Positions 14,421 to 28,481 are shown, numbered from the stretch's first letter. The stretch: DNA of 63,780 nt from Octopus bimaculoides (GCF_001194135.2 NC_068992.1:50962751-51026530), one strand, 5' to 3'. A program made the numbers and translations. Notes: generated by a model not told the origin, from the letters alone.

Positions 14421-15177
14421 TTTTATTTGTTTCAGTAATTTAACTGCGGCCATGCTGGAGCACCGCCTTTAGTCGAACAAATTGCCCCCCAGGACTTATT
14501 CTNNNNNNNNNNNNNNNNNNNNNNNNNNNNNNNNNNNNNNNNNNNNNNNNNNNNNNNNNNNNNNNNNNNNNNNNNNNNNNNNNNNNNNNNNNNNNNNNNN
14601 NNNNNNNNNNNNNNNNNNNNNNNNNNNNNNNNNNNNNNNNNNNNNNNNNNNNNNNNNNNNNNNNNNNNNNNNNNNNNNNNNNNNNNNNNNNNNNNNNNNN
14701 NNNNNNNNNNNNNNNNNNNNNNNNNNNNNNNNNNNNNNNNNNNNNNNNNNNNNNNNNNNNNNNNNNNNNNNNNNNNNNNNNNNNNNNNNNNNNNNNNNNN
14801 NNNNNNNNNNNNNNNNNNNNNNNNNNNNNNNNNNNNNNNNNNNNNNNNNNNNNNNNNNNNNNNNNNNNNNNNNNNNNNNNNNNNNNNNNNNNNNNNNNNN
14901 NNNNNNNNNNNNNNNNNNNNNNNNNNNNNNNNNNNNNNNNNNNNNNNNNNNNNNNNNNNNNNNNNNNNNNNNNNNNNNNNNNNNNNNNNNNNNNNNNNNN
15001 NNNNNNNNNNNNNNNNNNNNNNNNNNNNNNNNNNNNNNNNNNNNNNNNNNNNNNNNNNNNNNNNNNNNNNNNNNNNNNNNNNNNNNNNNNNNNNNNNNNN
15101 NNNNNNNNNNNNNNNNNNNNNNNNNNNNNNNNNNNNNNNNNNNNNNNNNNNNNNNNNNNNNNNNNNNNNNNNNNTAT

Positions 15178-15208
<31 letters not shown>

Positions 15209-15360
15209 CGACGGGTTTGTTTCAGTTTCCGTCTACCAAATCCACTCACAAGGCTTTGGTCGGCCCGAGGTTATAGTAGAAGACAGTGGCCCAAGGTGCC
15301 ACGCAGTGGAACTAAACCCGGAACCATGTAGTTGGTAGACAAGCTACTTACTACACAGCC
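14421..15360 (-). mobile_element. SINE family A copy interrupted by an assembly gap
   Basis: The 3' tail (14421-14502) and the head (15208-15360, GGCTGTGTAGTAAGTAGCTTG...GGGTTTAGTTCC on minus) match the 5381-5851 copy. The gap sits where the internal microsatellite lies. It could be two separate copies. Confidence 0.8.
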
Positions 15361-15949
15361 AATGTGCTTCATTAGAAAGCTCATCTACAATTACAACTTG
15401 AATTTTTAGCCCAGTTGTTTATTCTTTGTATTCACAGCACAGCCGAGGGCAATTCATTTTTTGGGGTATAAACCCGTTATTTGATTCGTGTTGCATTAAT
15501 CCTTTTGTATTAAAGCAATTCTATGCGATGTGTTAATAAATTTGCAGAGCACAATTGAATTATTGTTTATATCTTTTGCTATTTGAGTATCAAGGCTTTC
15601 TTTATATATTTATGTAATTCTCATTTCAACATTCCCCATACACCAATTACATAGGAGAGATTATTTCTGTTCCCAATACCGATGTTCTTATATTGTCTCA
15701 CGCTGGATAATTAATACTGGTTTGATTATTTTGGAGTATAAAAAATCGGTAAGAGTTAGTTTCGATCATAAGCACTCCCTTGTTCAATCAACTGAACTAC
15801 ACGGTTATTAATGTCAAATGAATTGTGTATTCTACATACGCATATCCCTTACACTCTTAACCGGAATAATTGTGACAAATCGGGCCTTTATATTACATAC
15901 TCAGATCATATAATGGGATTCCTTACAGTTTCTTCTCTCTAAGTTTCAG

Positions 15950-16070
15950 AAAGATCTTGGAATGACACAAGCTAAGGGGAAAATACACTTGCATAAGTCA
16001 CTACGTGATACGATTAAACCCTGATCTTGTGATTGCGAGTCAAACACTGTAACCATTTGGCCAGGCCTCA
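15950..16070 (-). mobile_element. Highly degenerate SINE family A head
   Basis: Loose collinearity with 5720-5850 (acttgcataagtcactacgtgatacgattaaaccctgatcttgtgattgcgagtc...aaccatttggcc). Confidence 0.4.
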
Positions 16071-17084
16071 CTCAACTTTGACAATAACTTCTAAGTAATT
16101 ATTTTAATCTTCTTGTTTGTGTGAATCGGAATATAACAGAGTATGGTTACTTTGCCTTTCTCTCAGACATTTGTGATGTTGTTTATACCATTTCTTTTCT
16201 TGGCATTTTCCCCAATGCTTGCAAAATTTCTAGTGTATGAAAGCTTTAAGTCTGTCATATATGTTTATATACTACGTTTTGTCTAACTAACAAACAATGT
16301 GATTGATCATTTCTTCATAGCTTCTACATATTCGGCATTTACTTTTTGTGCTGCATTTCATTTTATGTTTTCGTAATTTCAAAAACTACATCAAAAGCCA
16401 TTTGATCAGCTTTAAGTCACAGTCCTCTTTGTCAGTGTTGAGTGTTTTATTAATCTACTTCCGGATCTTTTTATGCTGTTTCTTTTGTTTTCTAACCGTA
16501 TCTTGTTTTTCTTTTAGTCATGCTATGTAACTGTTTATATTAGTTTCCCTTTATATCATATTTATAGTTCTACACAACATATTATGTAATATTATGTAAT
16601 AGTTTATTTTTTCACTGAAGAGCTCTTCCAGCCTCTATTCACTGTGTTCATGGTAAATATAAATTTTCAGTGATGTTGGGGAATTGCAAATATAGTCTTC
16701 ATTATTCTTTTTTTCCCTGTCAAGTCTTGCTAATTCCTTTAAGCTCCATGTATAATATTTTCTGTCTTATTTCTAAAGGATGATTTCGCTGCGCAACCGA
16801 GCGTAGCTCTCTGTACTTTGTGTACGTGCAGACATTGCACATTTTCATTGTATTCTCACTCACCTATGTATTATGTATGCCGTACCTAATACTTCAGTGT
16901 AGTGTACATATTTGTGAGATCTGGAGAGGCGGGGTATATATTTGTCTTCGTATTTTTCAATCATTCCCACGGCATCTATTATTATATGGATATTTCTATT
17001 TTCATTCTCTTTTTTGTTGTTATGGATATTTCGAGAACTTTGTAGTTGGAAAAGTTTCCCATTTTGTTCAAAGATACATAAGTG

Positions 17085-17170
17085 CAGGGGCAGCTATGTG
17101 GTTAACAAGTTCGTTTTACAACCATGTGATATCTGGTTTCGAATGTCATACTCGCTGTATGTGGCTGATC
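17085..17170 (+). mobile_element. Degenerate SINE family A head
   Basis: gcagctatgtggttaacaagttcgttttacaaccatgtgatatctggtttcgaat resembles GGCTGTGTGGTAAGAAGTTTGC...ACCACATGGTTC..GGTTCAGT. Confidence 0.45.
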
Positions 17171-17207
17171 TTTATCCTGATGAAATCCCATATAGATTTT
17201 ATCCTTG

Positions 17208-17256
<49 letters not shown>

Positions 17257-17258
<2 letters not shown>

Positions 17259-18911
17259 GCTAAAAATGACAAAGAGCTAGAAACACTACTACAGACAGTA
17301 CACGGCTTTACCAAAGAAATAGATATGAAATTCGGATTAGAAAAATATGCCAAAGCAACTCTGAAAAGAGGAAAATTAGTTAAAAGTAGCAATATAACAC
17401 TAGATAAAGCCAATGAAATAAGAGAACTAGACGAAAGCCAACCATACAAATATTTAGGAGTCAATGAACTAGATAGGATACAACATACACAAATGAAAGA
17501 AAGAGTACTATAGACGAGTTAGATCAATACTAAAAACANNNNNNNNNNNNNNNNNNNNNNNNNNNNNNNNNNNNNNNNNNNNNNNNNNNNNNNNNNNNNN
17601 NNNNNNNNNNNNNNNNNNNNNNNNNNNNNNNNNNNNNNNNNNNNNNNNNNNNNNNNNNNNNNNNNNNNNNNNNNNNNNNNNNNNNNNNNNNNNNNNNNNN
17701 NNNNNNNNNNNNNNNNNNNNNNNNNNNNNNNNNNNNNNNNNNNNNNNNNNNNNNNNNNNNNNNNNNNNNNNNNNNNNNNNNNNNNNNNNNNNNNNNNNNN
17801 NNNNNNNNNNNNNNNNNNNNNNNNNNNNNNNNNNNNNNNNNNNNNNNNNNNNNNNNNNNNNNNNNNNNNNNNNNNNNNNNNNNNNNNNNNNNNNNNNNNN
17901 NNNNNNNNNNNNNNNNNNNNNNNNNNNNNNNNNNNNNNNNNNNNNNNNNNNNNNNNNNNNNNNNNNNNNNNNNNNNNNNNNNNNNNNNNNNNNNNNNNNN
18001 NNNNNNNNNNNNNNNNNNNNNNNNNNNNNNNNNNNNNNNNNNNNNNNNNNNNNNNNNNNNNNNNNNNNNNNNNNNNNNNNNNNNNNNNNNNNNNNNNNNN
18101 NNNNNNNNNNNNNNNNNNNNNNNNNNNNNNNNNNNNNNNNNNNNNNNNNNNNNNNNNNNNNNNNNNNNNNNNNNNNNNNNNNNNNNNNNNNNNNNNNNNN
18201 NNNNNNNNNNNNNNNNNNNNNNNNNNNNNNNNNNNNNNNNNNNNNNNNNNNNNNNNNNNNNNNNNGATAAAACGATGGCAAGAAAAGCCCCTACATGGTA
18301 AATACTGGGCTAAACTAAATGCGAAAGAAATAGACAGAGAAAAATCCCAGCAATGGCTGAGAAGCTCAGGACTCAAAGCAGAGACTGAAGGATTTTTAAT
18401 TGCTGCACAAGCCAGAGCCTCCCCACCAGAAATTACCAAAAACATATAGTGAAAAGAAACATAACNNNNNNNNNNCAGATGACAACGTTTCTCTAAAAGA
18501 AATGGAAAATCTTTCAAAATACAAACACCTGGTAATAGAGGTAACTCGAATGTGGAATCTAAAACCAGAAACAATTCCTATTATAGTAGATGCCTTAGGT
18601 ATAATAAAAAAAATATTCAGACAAATACATAACAAAAACACCAGGACTTACAAATATATATAACATACAGAAAATTGCACTACTGGGCACTGCACACATC
18701 CTACGCAAAACACTTTCAATACAGTAAACATAAGAGCACCACAGCAAACCACAGCACATACCCAAGGCGCACAGAGTTGCGCTCGGTAGTGAAGTGAAAG
18801 CACGTTATAAAAATAAAACTACTGAACAATAATAATAATAACAATAGTAATAATAATAACACTAATAATAATAATAAAAATAATGACAATAATAGTAATA
18901 ATAATAATAAT
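17257..18911 (+). mobile_element. Second R4/Dong-clade non-LTR retrotransposon, 5'-truncated within the RT domain, flanked by (TAA)n on both sides
   Basis: AKNDKELETLLQTVHGFTKEIDMKFGLEK..YKYLGV is RT sequence downstream of the YxDD motif. After the gap it reads HGKYWAKL...QWLRSSGLKAETEGFLIAAQ, DNVSLKEMENLSKYKHLVIEVTRMWNLKPETIPIIVDALG and KIALLGTAHILRKTLS. TAA tracts are at 17208-17256 and 18828-18911. Confidence 0.92.
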
Positions 18912-19017
18912 CTACCTGCCTGCCTACCTACCTACCTACCTACGTACCTACCTATCTCTCTATCTATCTATCTATCTATCTATCTATCCATCCATCCATC
19001 CATCAATCCATCCATCC

Positions 19018-19092
<75 letters not shown>
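18912..19092. repeat. Tetranucleotide field (CTAC)n-(TCTA)n-(TCCA)n
   Basis: Read directly. Confidence 0.95.
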
Positions 19093-19697
19093 GACGGTTC
19101 CTTCTTTTAAAATGTCTGATGTTAGCTATGTTAGAAACGGTCATTATTATGAAAATTAGGTTGGTATATAAAGCAAAGCATTTCCTCAGTTTCTGAAAAA
19201 TGCCTTACATTATTAAGCTACAATTCCTAACAATCTTACAATCACTTAAGTTCAACTTCCAGAGTTTATAAATAAAATGCTCTCAAGTAACAGGATCTAT
19301 TTAACCAACTAACTCTCTCACTCAAAATTTTTCAAATTCTGTGTAAATGCTACAAGGAATACATATTTCTGATAGAATTCGGTTCTAATATTTTATTTTA
19401 CTTAAACTACAATTCATAACCCAACAACTTGTAACAGTCACAATGCTAAAGTAAGGTGATGTTCAGTAATAGAAATTCACAATCTACATTCAGTTCCCAT
19501 TTGAATCAATATTGCTTGAAACAAATGTCATCGTTAGATTCATGAATGTAGCACCGTTCATTTTCAGTAGAATGGGAAATTATAAGGTAGTATACATAAC
19601 TATGTGTGTGTGAGTGTATCATATATAATACAAAAAAGTGATATATACATAAACACACTCATATGTATATATATATATATATGTATATGTATTTATA

Positions 19698-19776
<79 letters not shown>

Positions 19777-19924
19777 TTTTCTTTTAGCCCCAGGAGGACA
19801 TCTCCTCCAGCTGGCTTATCGACACACGACTGTGTCCTGTTTGCCAAGGGAGTTATCCCTCTCACCTCGGCCAGCAGCACGAAATGTATAAAGATAGATA
19901 CAGAGCTACGCAAACGGATAAATG

Positions 19925-19952
19925 ACAAGTAGACAGACAGACGGACAGGCAT

Positions 19953-19983
<31 letters not shown>

Positions 19984-19999
19984 AACAGACAGACGGACT

Positions 20000-20083
<84 letters not shown>

Positions 20084-20096
20084 GATAGATAGACAG
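19925..20096. repeat. (AGAC)n-(AGAT)n field
   Basis: Read directly. Confidence 0.95.
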
Positions 20097-21034
20097 CGTC
20101 TTTCTTTTCTCATTTCAAATTCACGTTTCGATTGTCCTGCTCACAAGCACCAACGGCTTGTCTTTCGATTACATTTTGCCTGAATATATTTCTGTATTCG
20201 ATGCATTTAGTTATGTAACATTCGTTAAGTTCAATCTTCATACGTTAACAAGAAACTTATTTTTATTCAAACTTTCATTCTATTTACAAGAAATGCTGAA
20301 AGTTTATATGTTCGTGAGATATGGATATAATTTCATTTGTCTCAACGCTACATCATGATATTTCTATAGATCTTTCAGCAATGTCAGTGATCTAATTCTC
20401 TTATCTCAGCCATAAACGGCTCGTAGATAATTAAAAGAAATGAATCTATTCTGCAAGTGAAATAGTTACCTTCAGCAGATAATCTTAACGGAAGCATTCC
20501 TAGCTTCAAGAGATACAGTAGAATATGATACGTAGTTCACTTCTGGTATCAGCTTATACCAAGGTGCACAGATGCAGTTCTAGGTGATACAAAACATAAT
20601 AACTTTTAAAACTTGTATGCATTAAGTAAGTTTTATCTGAATGTAAGAGGTAATCACGTGACGTTTTATCTGGAGTATAGGAAAACGTGAGTTATCCGAG
20701 AAATCAACGTTCTTCTAATAAATTTGTACAAAATCAAATAATCACATGCTAAGAGAACAGAAGAATTGCCAAACTACTTTACTCTGTTGCAATGTTTAAT
20801 TCTTTCATAATTATATCACATAATATTTGTCATTAAAATAATCCATGCAATAGTGATGCTGTCAAATATTCTTCACTACAATCTATTGTTATACGAATTG
20901 AAGCTGAAAACGTGAAGTATGTAAACGTGACGGTCAAAAACATGGCAAGTCTTAGTATATAAGATAAAGAAGAGATTTTAAAGGAAATTCGCAAGTACTT
21001 ATTAGGCCCACATTGATATGTGTGGTAGTATGCA

Positions 21035-21079
<45 letters not shown>

Positions 21080-21429
21080 TTCGTACCACAATGTTCGACT
21101 CGAGTCAAATATAACAAACTACTCCAAATCCTTGTTGGATTAGCAGCGTAAGTGGAATTTGAAGTATTATATATCCTTTATTACGTACATTTTAGCTCCG
21201 GGTTCTATCATAAAAGTCTGGAACTTATTCTATCGTTCTTTTGCCGAACTGCTAAGTTACTTGCATGTAAAGAAACCAGCGCCAGTTATTGTCAAAACAT
21301 GGAAAGAGAGAAACTACAAAAAACAAGGACGTACACATATGCACAGTTATAAATATAAATATACATATATAAAGATACATGTATATGCATGTGCGCGCAT
21401 GTGGGCGTTTGTGTGTGCGCGTGTGCCGT

Positions 21430-21490
21430 GCAACTGAATTGAACTCGAAACTTTATGGTTTCAAAGTGAGCATCTTAGCCACACAGATAT
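21430..21490 (-). mobile_element. Degenerate SINE family A head fragment
   Basis: aattgaactcgaaactttatggtttcaaagtgagcatcttagccacacag parallels actgaaccccgaaccatgtgg...aaacttcttaccacacag at 5790-5837. Confidence 0.5.
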
Positions 21491-22569
21491 GTACGTGCAT
21501 ATGGAACATTTATCTAACAGCGTAGGATGCAGTCTTCTCAAACGAGAATCGATCCTGTGTTCTAGTTCTTTTTATTCTCACTTAAAGATACTTTCATTTG
21601 ACGTTCGTAGGTAATACTCACAGGAAATTAATTTCTTCTGCAGTTATCATTTCTCCACATGCGTTTCATTGGATATTTGTGAATTGTACTAATCATCAAA
21701 CTGCTATGAATAATCTCTCTAATTTCAGAACCAAATTATTTTCATTTATCAAATATTACATCAGATAAATAAAATAATAATAACTCGAGATTCAATGGAT
21801 ATGTTGACCACGACAATATTGTATATTGGGAAGGGTAAGATATAAGAAATCCCGACGGAAATTCCCCGACTCGGTTTCGATGCATAGCTTCAAACATACA
21901 TTTGTAGTACCTCGTTAAAACCATAGAAATAGCTATGAACGTGTCAACTTCCTCTTTCTTTCTCGTACAAAAGTAGCAGGATAAATGCCAATATATGAGA
22001 TCATTATTAACTGAGACAATTGACTTATGCAGGCTAGGGTCGACTTTAATATAGCATAACATAATATGGCTTCATCTAAAGGTAAAGTCTTTTATTCTTG
22101 CTAGTATTATTTGTCTCGGAGCAAATGTCGGATAATTGACATAATTTGAATTTAAGAGACTTGTTAAAGGAATTATAATGAATTTTATATTGATCTTATA
22201 GACGTCTCTGTATATTAGCATTGGATTCTGGGTCTTCGACAATTCCAATGAATGGGAAACAGTAAATAATTGAAATTTGTCCGCCAGCTAAATTCTCTAG
22301 AAAGTATGCGAAAACTAGTTTTGTTTAAATGGTCTTGGTAATTTGATGTTATTCGATAAACCAACATAGGAAATAGATTTCTCTAGTGATTAGGGAAAAT
22401 TCCAATACCTATCTCACAACTTCCCTTCATTTAGCTCAACAATGCTTTTCCGACTTGAGTCAATTAGGGCAACCGCTAACATACTTACAATTGCATACAC
22501 TACACACACACACACACACAAAGCCACAGACAAGCCCACACACAAAGGCCACCCCCTACACACATGTCA

Positions 22570-22609
<40 letters not shown>

Positions 22610-23231
22610 ACAGAANNNNNNNNNNNNNNNNNNNNNNNNNNNNNNNNNNNNNNNNNNNNNNNNNNNNNNNNNNNNNNNNNNNNNNNNNNNNNNNNNNNNN
22701 NNNNNNNNNNNNNNNNNNNNNNNNNNNNNNNNNNNNNNNNNNNNNNNNNNNNNNNNNNNNNNNNNNNNNNNNNNNNNNNNNNNNNNNNNNNNNNNNNNNN
22801 NNNNNNNNNNNNNNNNNNNNNNNNNNNNNNNNNNNNNNNNNNNNNNNNNNNNNNNNNNNNNNNNNNNNNNNNNNNNNNNNNNNNNNNNNNNNNNNNNNNN
22901 NNNNNNNNNNNNNNNNNNNNNNNNNNNNNNNNNNNNNNNNNNNNNNNNNNNNNNNNNNNNNNNNNNNNNNNNNNNNNNNNNNNNNNNNNNNNNNNNNNNN
23001 NNNNNNNNNNNNNNNNNNNNNNNNNNNNNNNNNNNNNNNNNNNNNNNNNNNNNNNNNNNNNNNNNNNNNNNNNNNNNNNNNNNNNNNNNNNNNNNNNNAT
23101 TATTATCTTTGACAGTACTTAAAATATCTTCCCGGATCTCAACTATATCCTCGGGTTACAGTGTCTTGATGCGTTCATGGAAATTACTTTTCTATTGGAA
23201 GTGTGCCTGGTCTTCATTACATATAAGAGTG

Positions 23232-23279
<48 letters not shown>

Positions 23280-25874
23280 GAAGCAGGTACGTACGTATAT
23301 ACATACAACATACATACCAACTTGCATACATACATACGTGCACACATACACACATATACACATACAAAAATACATTCATACATACATACATACATATATA
23401 CATACATATATATTGATACTTACACTCTGTCTAGAAATTGCTGTGAGAGATTACATTATTCATGAGGTAGTATATACTAATTCTTGAATTTATGTGATAT
23501 AATCGGTCGAGTAAACCTAAGTAATTATTGGTATTTCTTTGCGTCAATGAAGATATCTCCATGTAGTTACATGATCTGGTGGAAATATGAAACAGGTGTC
23601 AGTCACATCACGCAATACGGCCGCCGGAAACACTGTACACATTGAACTAAAATATTGAGGTTGTCAACATTCGGATGTCATTGAACAAAGGACAACAGGA
23701 CCATGCCCCACGTGGGATAAATAGCAATAAATGATATGTATTAGAACTACATGGAAAGTTGAAAACTAAAGATGACACCATCGCCAAGCATAATTAAATA
23801 TTGGGAAGTTTAAATATTGGTACTTGTACGGAGTTTTTGAATGTGCTTTCTCTTATCCATGTGTAGTTTATAGGGACTGTTCGTGTTATACTATATTTCT
23901 TCTGAACATTCGCCTCTCAGAGGTTATCCTTTATAACGCCGTAGCAATTGCATAATGGTTCGTGGCAGTGTTAGTCTGGATGTCAGTTGAATTGTTGCCA
24001 ATTCAATTCATCGTCGGTTGCATTCGTCGCCAGCAAATTTGTCATCAGGCAATTCGTTGTCAATTTAATTCGTCAGTATATTCCAAGTCAGAAATCCGCC
24101 GGGTCATCAACTGTCGCTTAAAGAAGGCGTCCATATGGAGTTTAAGCATACAGAGTTTCCTTTCTATTGATATTAAATTGCGTGGGTAACAGTAATTGGG
24201 ATAAGGTGTTGAAATATAAACTAAAATGTGAAGTATTGAGATAAAAAATCCAGTTCCTGTTTTGCTATACTTTCTATCGTTGTTTTCTCCATTTTCTTCA
24301 CCGAACGCATAAAGACAAAACAAAAACAAACACAAAAAATATTACATAACATTTCAAGTGTAGAATATAGCTAGTTATATAAATAATACATACATATTAA
24401 GGAAAATATAAAGAAAAAATAACTATAATTAAATTGTATTTATTTCAAATTATTTTTAAAATTATTAAGAATGCTAAAAATAATTGGAAGCTGATAACAA
24501 AAAATTATTGGTTTATATTGATATATTGATATATGATTATGCTGGCAAAAATCTCATATTACGAGTAATGAAATCGTAATTGTCTATTATATCTGTAAAG
24601 TGTTTGTGTATAGCACTGGACCTCTTTCTCTTGGATAATGTCTGGGTAATAATTTTGCAATTTGGTACCAGTTTCGGATTATTTTGATCAACAAATACTT
24701 TATATCTTATATAAATTCCTATTAGTACATGAGTTACATGAATATTGTCACTGCTGTATCTCTGAAGCAATTTTCGTAATTTGTTTACGTTACATACAAG
24801 AAGAAAAAAAAAAAAAAGAAACAGCCCTATATATTTCAAGAATCATTCGCAGTAACCCTTCGGCACAGAATGGGCTCTTTTAGTAAAGAAATAATTTCTT
24901 TCAACTAGAAGTCAATGTTGTATTGCGACAAATATAAAACACGTAATTTTCGTCTTCTTCCGTATATAAAATTTGGTTCTACCCGATCGGATTTATATAT
25001 GATTTGATCCTCATCAGAGACAGAATAACTTTTCATCTGCCTATGGAGACATACAGCTAATATTCAAATCGTTTCAATAGAAAGTGTGTGTGGTGAACCG
25101 ATTAGCGTGACTTGTATAGATGGGAAACCATAGATTTCAAAGCGGTCTGCTGGTGCAAGATTTTTTAGTCCACAGAGGGAACGATATATTGAAAATAAAA
25201 CAAACAATAGAAAAATAAACCTTTCAACACAAAATATTCAATTTCAACAAACAGGACTAACATTTGAGATAACACAAAACCTCAAAACCAGGCTTTTGAT
25301 TAAAATACGAGACAAGATTTTACACTTCTGCAGAAGGTTACTCATATCGGAAAGAGTATAAAGCAAGGAAATCAATGATAATTCACTTGTAAGGAACAAA
25401 ACTAATTACAATCTATATATATTTCCTACGACTGTTTCAATAATCCTTACGCATCATGACAATTATATAATAATGAAAGGAGAATAAATTTATAGGTGAT
25501 GTTTAAGGACCAAATCAGAATTTTATAAATGTTTGTTTGTGAGTGTGTATGTGTGTGAATGTGTGTGTGTGTGCGCGTAAACATAAGAATAATAAAAAGC
25601 TGTATTCCCTTTACATCGCAGTTATTTCTAAAGTAAATTATTGTCATCCAATACATTAAAAATTCGATTATAATTACTCAAAATCAGATTAGCACAATCA
25701 GCTTATTTCAAAATACAATATTACATATTGCAAAATGTATCATATCCAAAATACATAATTAAAATTAAGTCATTTCAAGTTTACGTATTCGAAAGTATAT
25801 TTTTACATTCAAATCATTTCAACATATATTATTAAACATTAAATTTATACGGCGTTGCGCTTTAACATATCCTA

Positions 25875-25875
<1 letters not shown>

Positions 25876-25941
<66 letters not shown>
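25876..25941. repeat. (ATT)n microsatellite
   Basis: Read directly. Confidence 0.97.
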
Positions 25942-25944
<3 letters not shown>

Positions 25945-27188
25945 TTCGCCTACTTTATTCTATTTATTCATCTTTTTTTTTCTTTTGGCCCCTTATATTC
26001 TATTAACGTTTGGAAAAACAAATACTTCATTTCATCTCTCATTAAAATTTATGATAATCCAAAAACTAGAGACTAGACAAAGCATGTTCAGAAATGTTCT
26101 TCCACCTACCGATAACTGGAAGAAATATTAAGCGTGATGTCTGAAGCAATATATATAGGTATTTATTTTAATATTTGGGTGTAGGCTGTGCTACTGCTTC
26201 GCATATTTCAATGTAGAAATGTACATGTATAGCTCTAGTATGATAATATGATTGCAGTGTCAACATCTCTTTGGGAGTCATTTTATACACTGAAAAGTTA
26301 CAGTGATATATCTATTATTTATGTGACTTTACATTTATGGGACACTAATATGTATGTATTTATGTGTAAATGTGTGTGCGTGAATTGATTAAATGTAGAT
26401 ATGTATTTATACATCGGTTGATCATGTTAGGTGCACCCACGAAAGTCGAAATACATAATCATTATAACCAGATAATGTATAACAATACATACATCTGTTT
26501 TGTGTAATAAATTTCGACGTTTTTTTAAACTGTTTCATGTTTTATAATGTAGATTATGTCACTGCTGTAAAGTATTTTGTTTACCATAAAATATTTATTG
26601 AAAAATATTGAATTTTTTAGTGAAAGTTCAGGCAACCTGGAAAGTGTTTTATCGAATTTTTGCGTGTCTAATTTCCTCTTTAATACTACTGGGGCTGTGT
26701 TACTTTCTACACAAAAATTGTGTACACAGTCGATTTCCATGTGCGCTGTGAATTGTTAACCAGGAATGAAGTATAGGACGACTATGTTTCTATCTGATCT
26801 CCTGCAGGATGCAGACTAGTTACGTTATTCCTCACCGAAAGTCCGTGTATGACAAATATTTAGCTATAATACCAATGTAGGTCCTTCTTGCTTTCTCTAA
26901 AGGACAGTTGATTGGTTTATATGAATGCTCAACTAGACCCCCCCCCATGATTGATATCTACTAGTAACAGTTAATTCGATACACGTTTTGGAAACATATT
27001 TTCAATTCTTAATCCTAGTTTATTATTTTATCGCCTAGACTCAGTTGTAGTTCTACAGTATCTTATTTATCCACAAATTCTTTACTGAGTACTTTTGTGT
27101 TAGCTTAGCATAAGTTTAAACAATTTGAATAAGGCTATAAGCTATATACACTATGTTTTATATGTTATATCCTATAGTATATATAGTT

Positions 27189-27395
27189 TGCGAGATGGAA
27201 TTTTCTTTAGAGCTTCAGACAAAATGCCCAGTGGCGTTTCTCCGAATTCATTACGTTCTGAGCTTAAATTGCACTGTGATCAACTTTGCCGTTTATTCCT
27301 CTATGGTCATTAGATAAGTGCCTTCCAAATGCTGGGGTAAATTTCATCGACCTCCGAATAAACTGGTAGCCTTGTACGAAAATCTGAAACTCGCT
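27189..27395 (+). mobile_element. Old, degenerate SINE family B copy
   Basis: ttagagcttcagacaaaatgcc...ttacgttctgagcttaaattgcactgtgatcaactttgcc...ctggggtaaatttcatcgac...gccttgtac is collinear with the reverse complement of 43273-43475. Confidence 0.65.
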
Positions 27396-28259
27396 CTCTT
27401 TCTCATATATATATCATATGTGTGAGTGGTTGCATGTAATACGAATGGAGAAAGAAAAAGAAACGAAGATATTTGAATGTGTGTATATGTGCTTGTGTGT
27501 GTGAGATACTGTGTACGTTCCTGCAGATGACAATGATAAACAAGGATTCAACAGATAATATAGACATTCCGACATTGTATGATGTATTACTAATCCTTAT
27601 TGACTGTTGCGCTGTATATTCAGTGTTCCATGAAATGCAATACATATTCATAGTTAAGAAAAACCTATATTGCTGAAGATTTCACTCACTACAGTAAGAG
27701 CTGAAACATTTGATACCTAATGTATATGCTTGAAGTCACTGCTACCTTGAATATATTTAGCACGCACAAACTCACATGCTCACATATTCATGGGTATACA
27801 CACATACGCGAACATGTAGATAAAAAGACAAAATTTTAAATAAAATAAATAAAAAGTCGAGAGAGAAATGTATATAAATTTATACATACTATTTCACATA
27901 TATTGAGAGAAAACAGGAGACTGAGAGAACAGATAATATGCATAAATACATATTCATATGTGTACATGCATATATATNNNNNNNNNNNNNNNNNNNNNNN
28001 NNNNNNNNNNNNNNNNNNNNNNNNNNNNNNNNNNNNNNNNNNNNNNNNNNNNNNNNNNNNNNNNNNNNNNNNNNNNNNNNNNNNNNNNNNNNNNNNNNNN
28101 NNNNNNNNNNNNNNNNNNNNNNNNNNNNNNNNNNNNNNNNNNNNNNNNNNNNNNNNNNNNNNNNNNNNNNNNNNNNNNNNNNNNNNNNNNNNNNNNNNNN
28201 NNNNNNNNNNNNNNNNNNNNNNNNNNNNNNNNNNNNNNNNNNNNNNNNATATATGTGTG

Positions 28260-28301
<42 letters not shown>

Positions 28302-28313
28302 TATATATACACA

Positions 28314-28349
<36 letters not shown>

Positions 28350-28481
28350 TATAGATATAGGTAAGTAGATATATGTACATATATACATATACATATAGAA
28401 AGGTATAGACTAACACGCAAAATATATCTACATGTATATATATGTATATATATATGTGTGTATATATATATATATGCATGC

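Noticed and set aside
23989-24078. CRISPR-like interpretation of the short periodic repeats here and at 52931-53010
   Set aside because: Periods of 15-21 bp leave no room for spacers, there are no cas genes and the context is eukaryotic.
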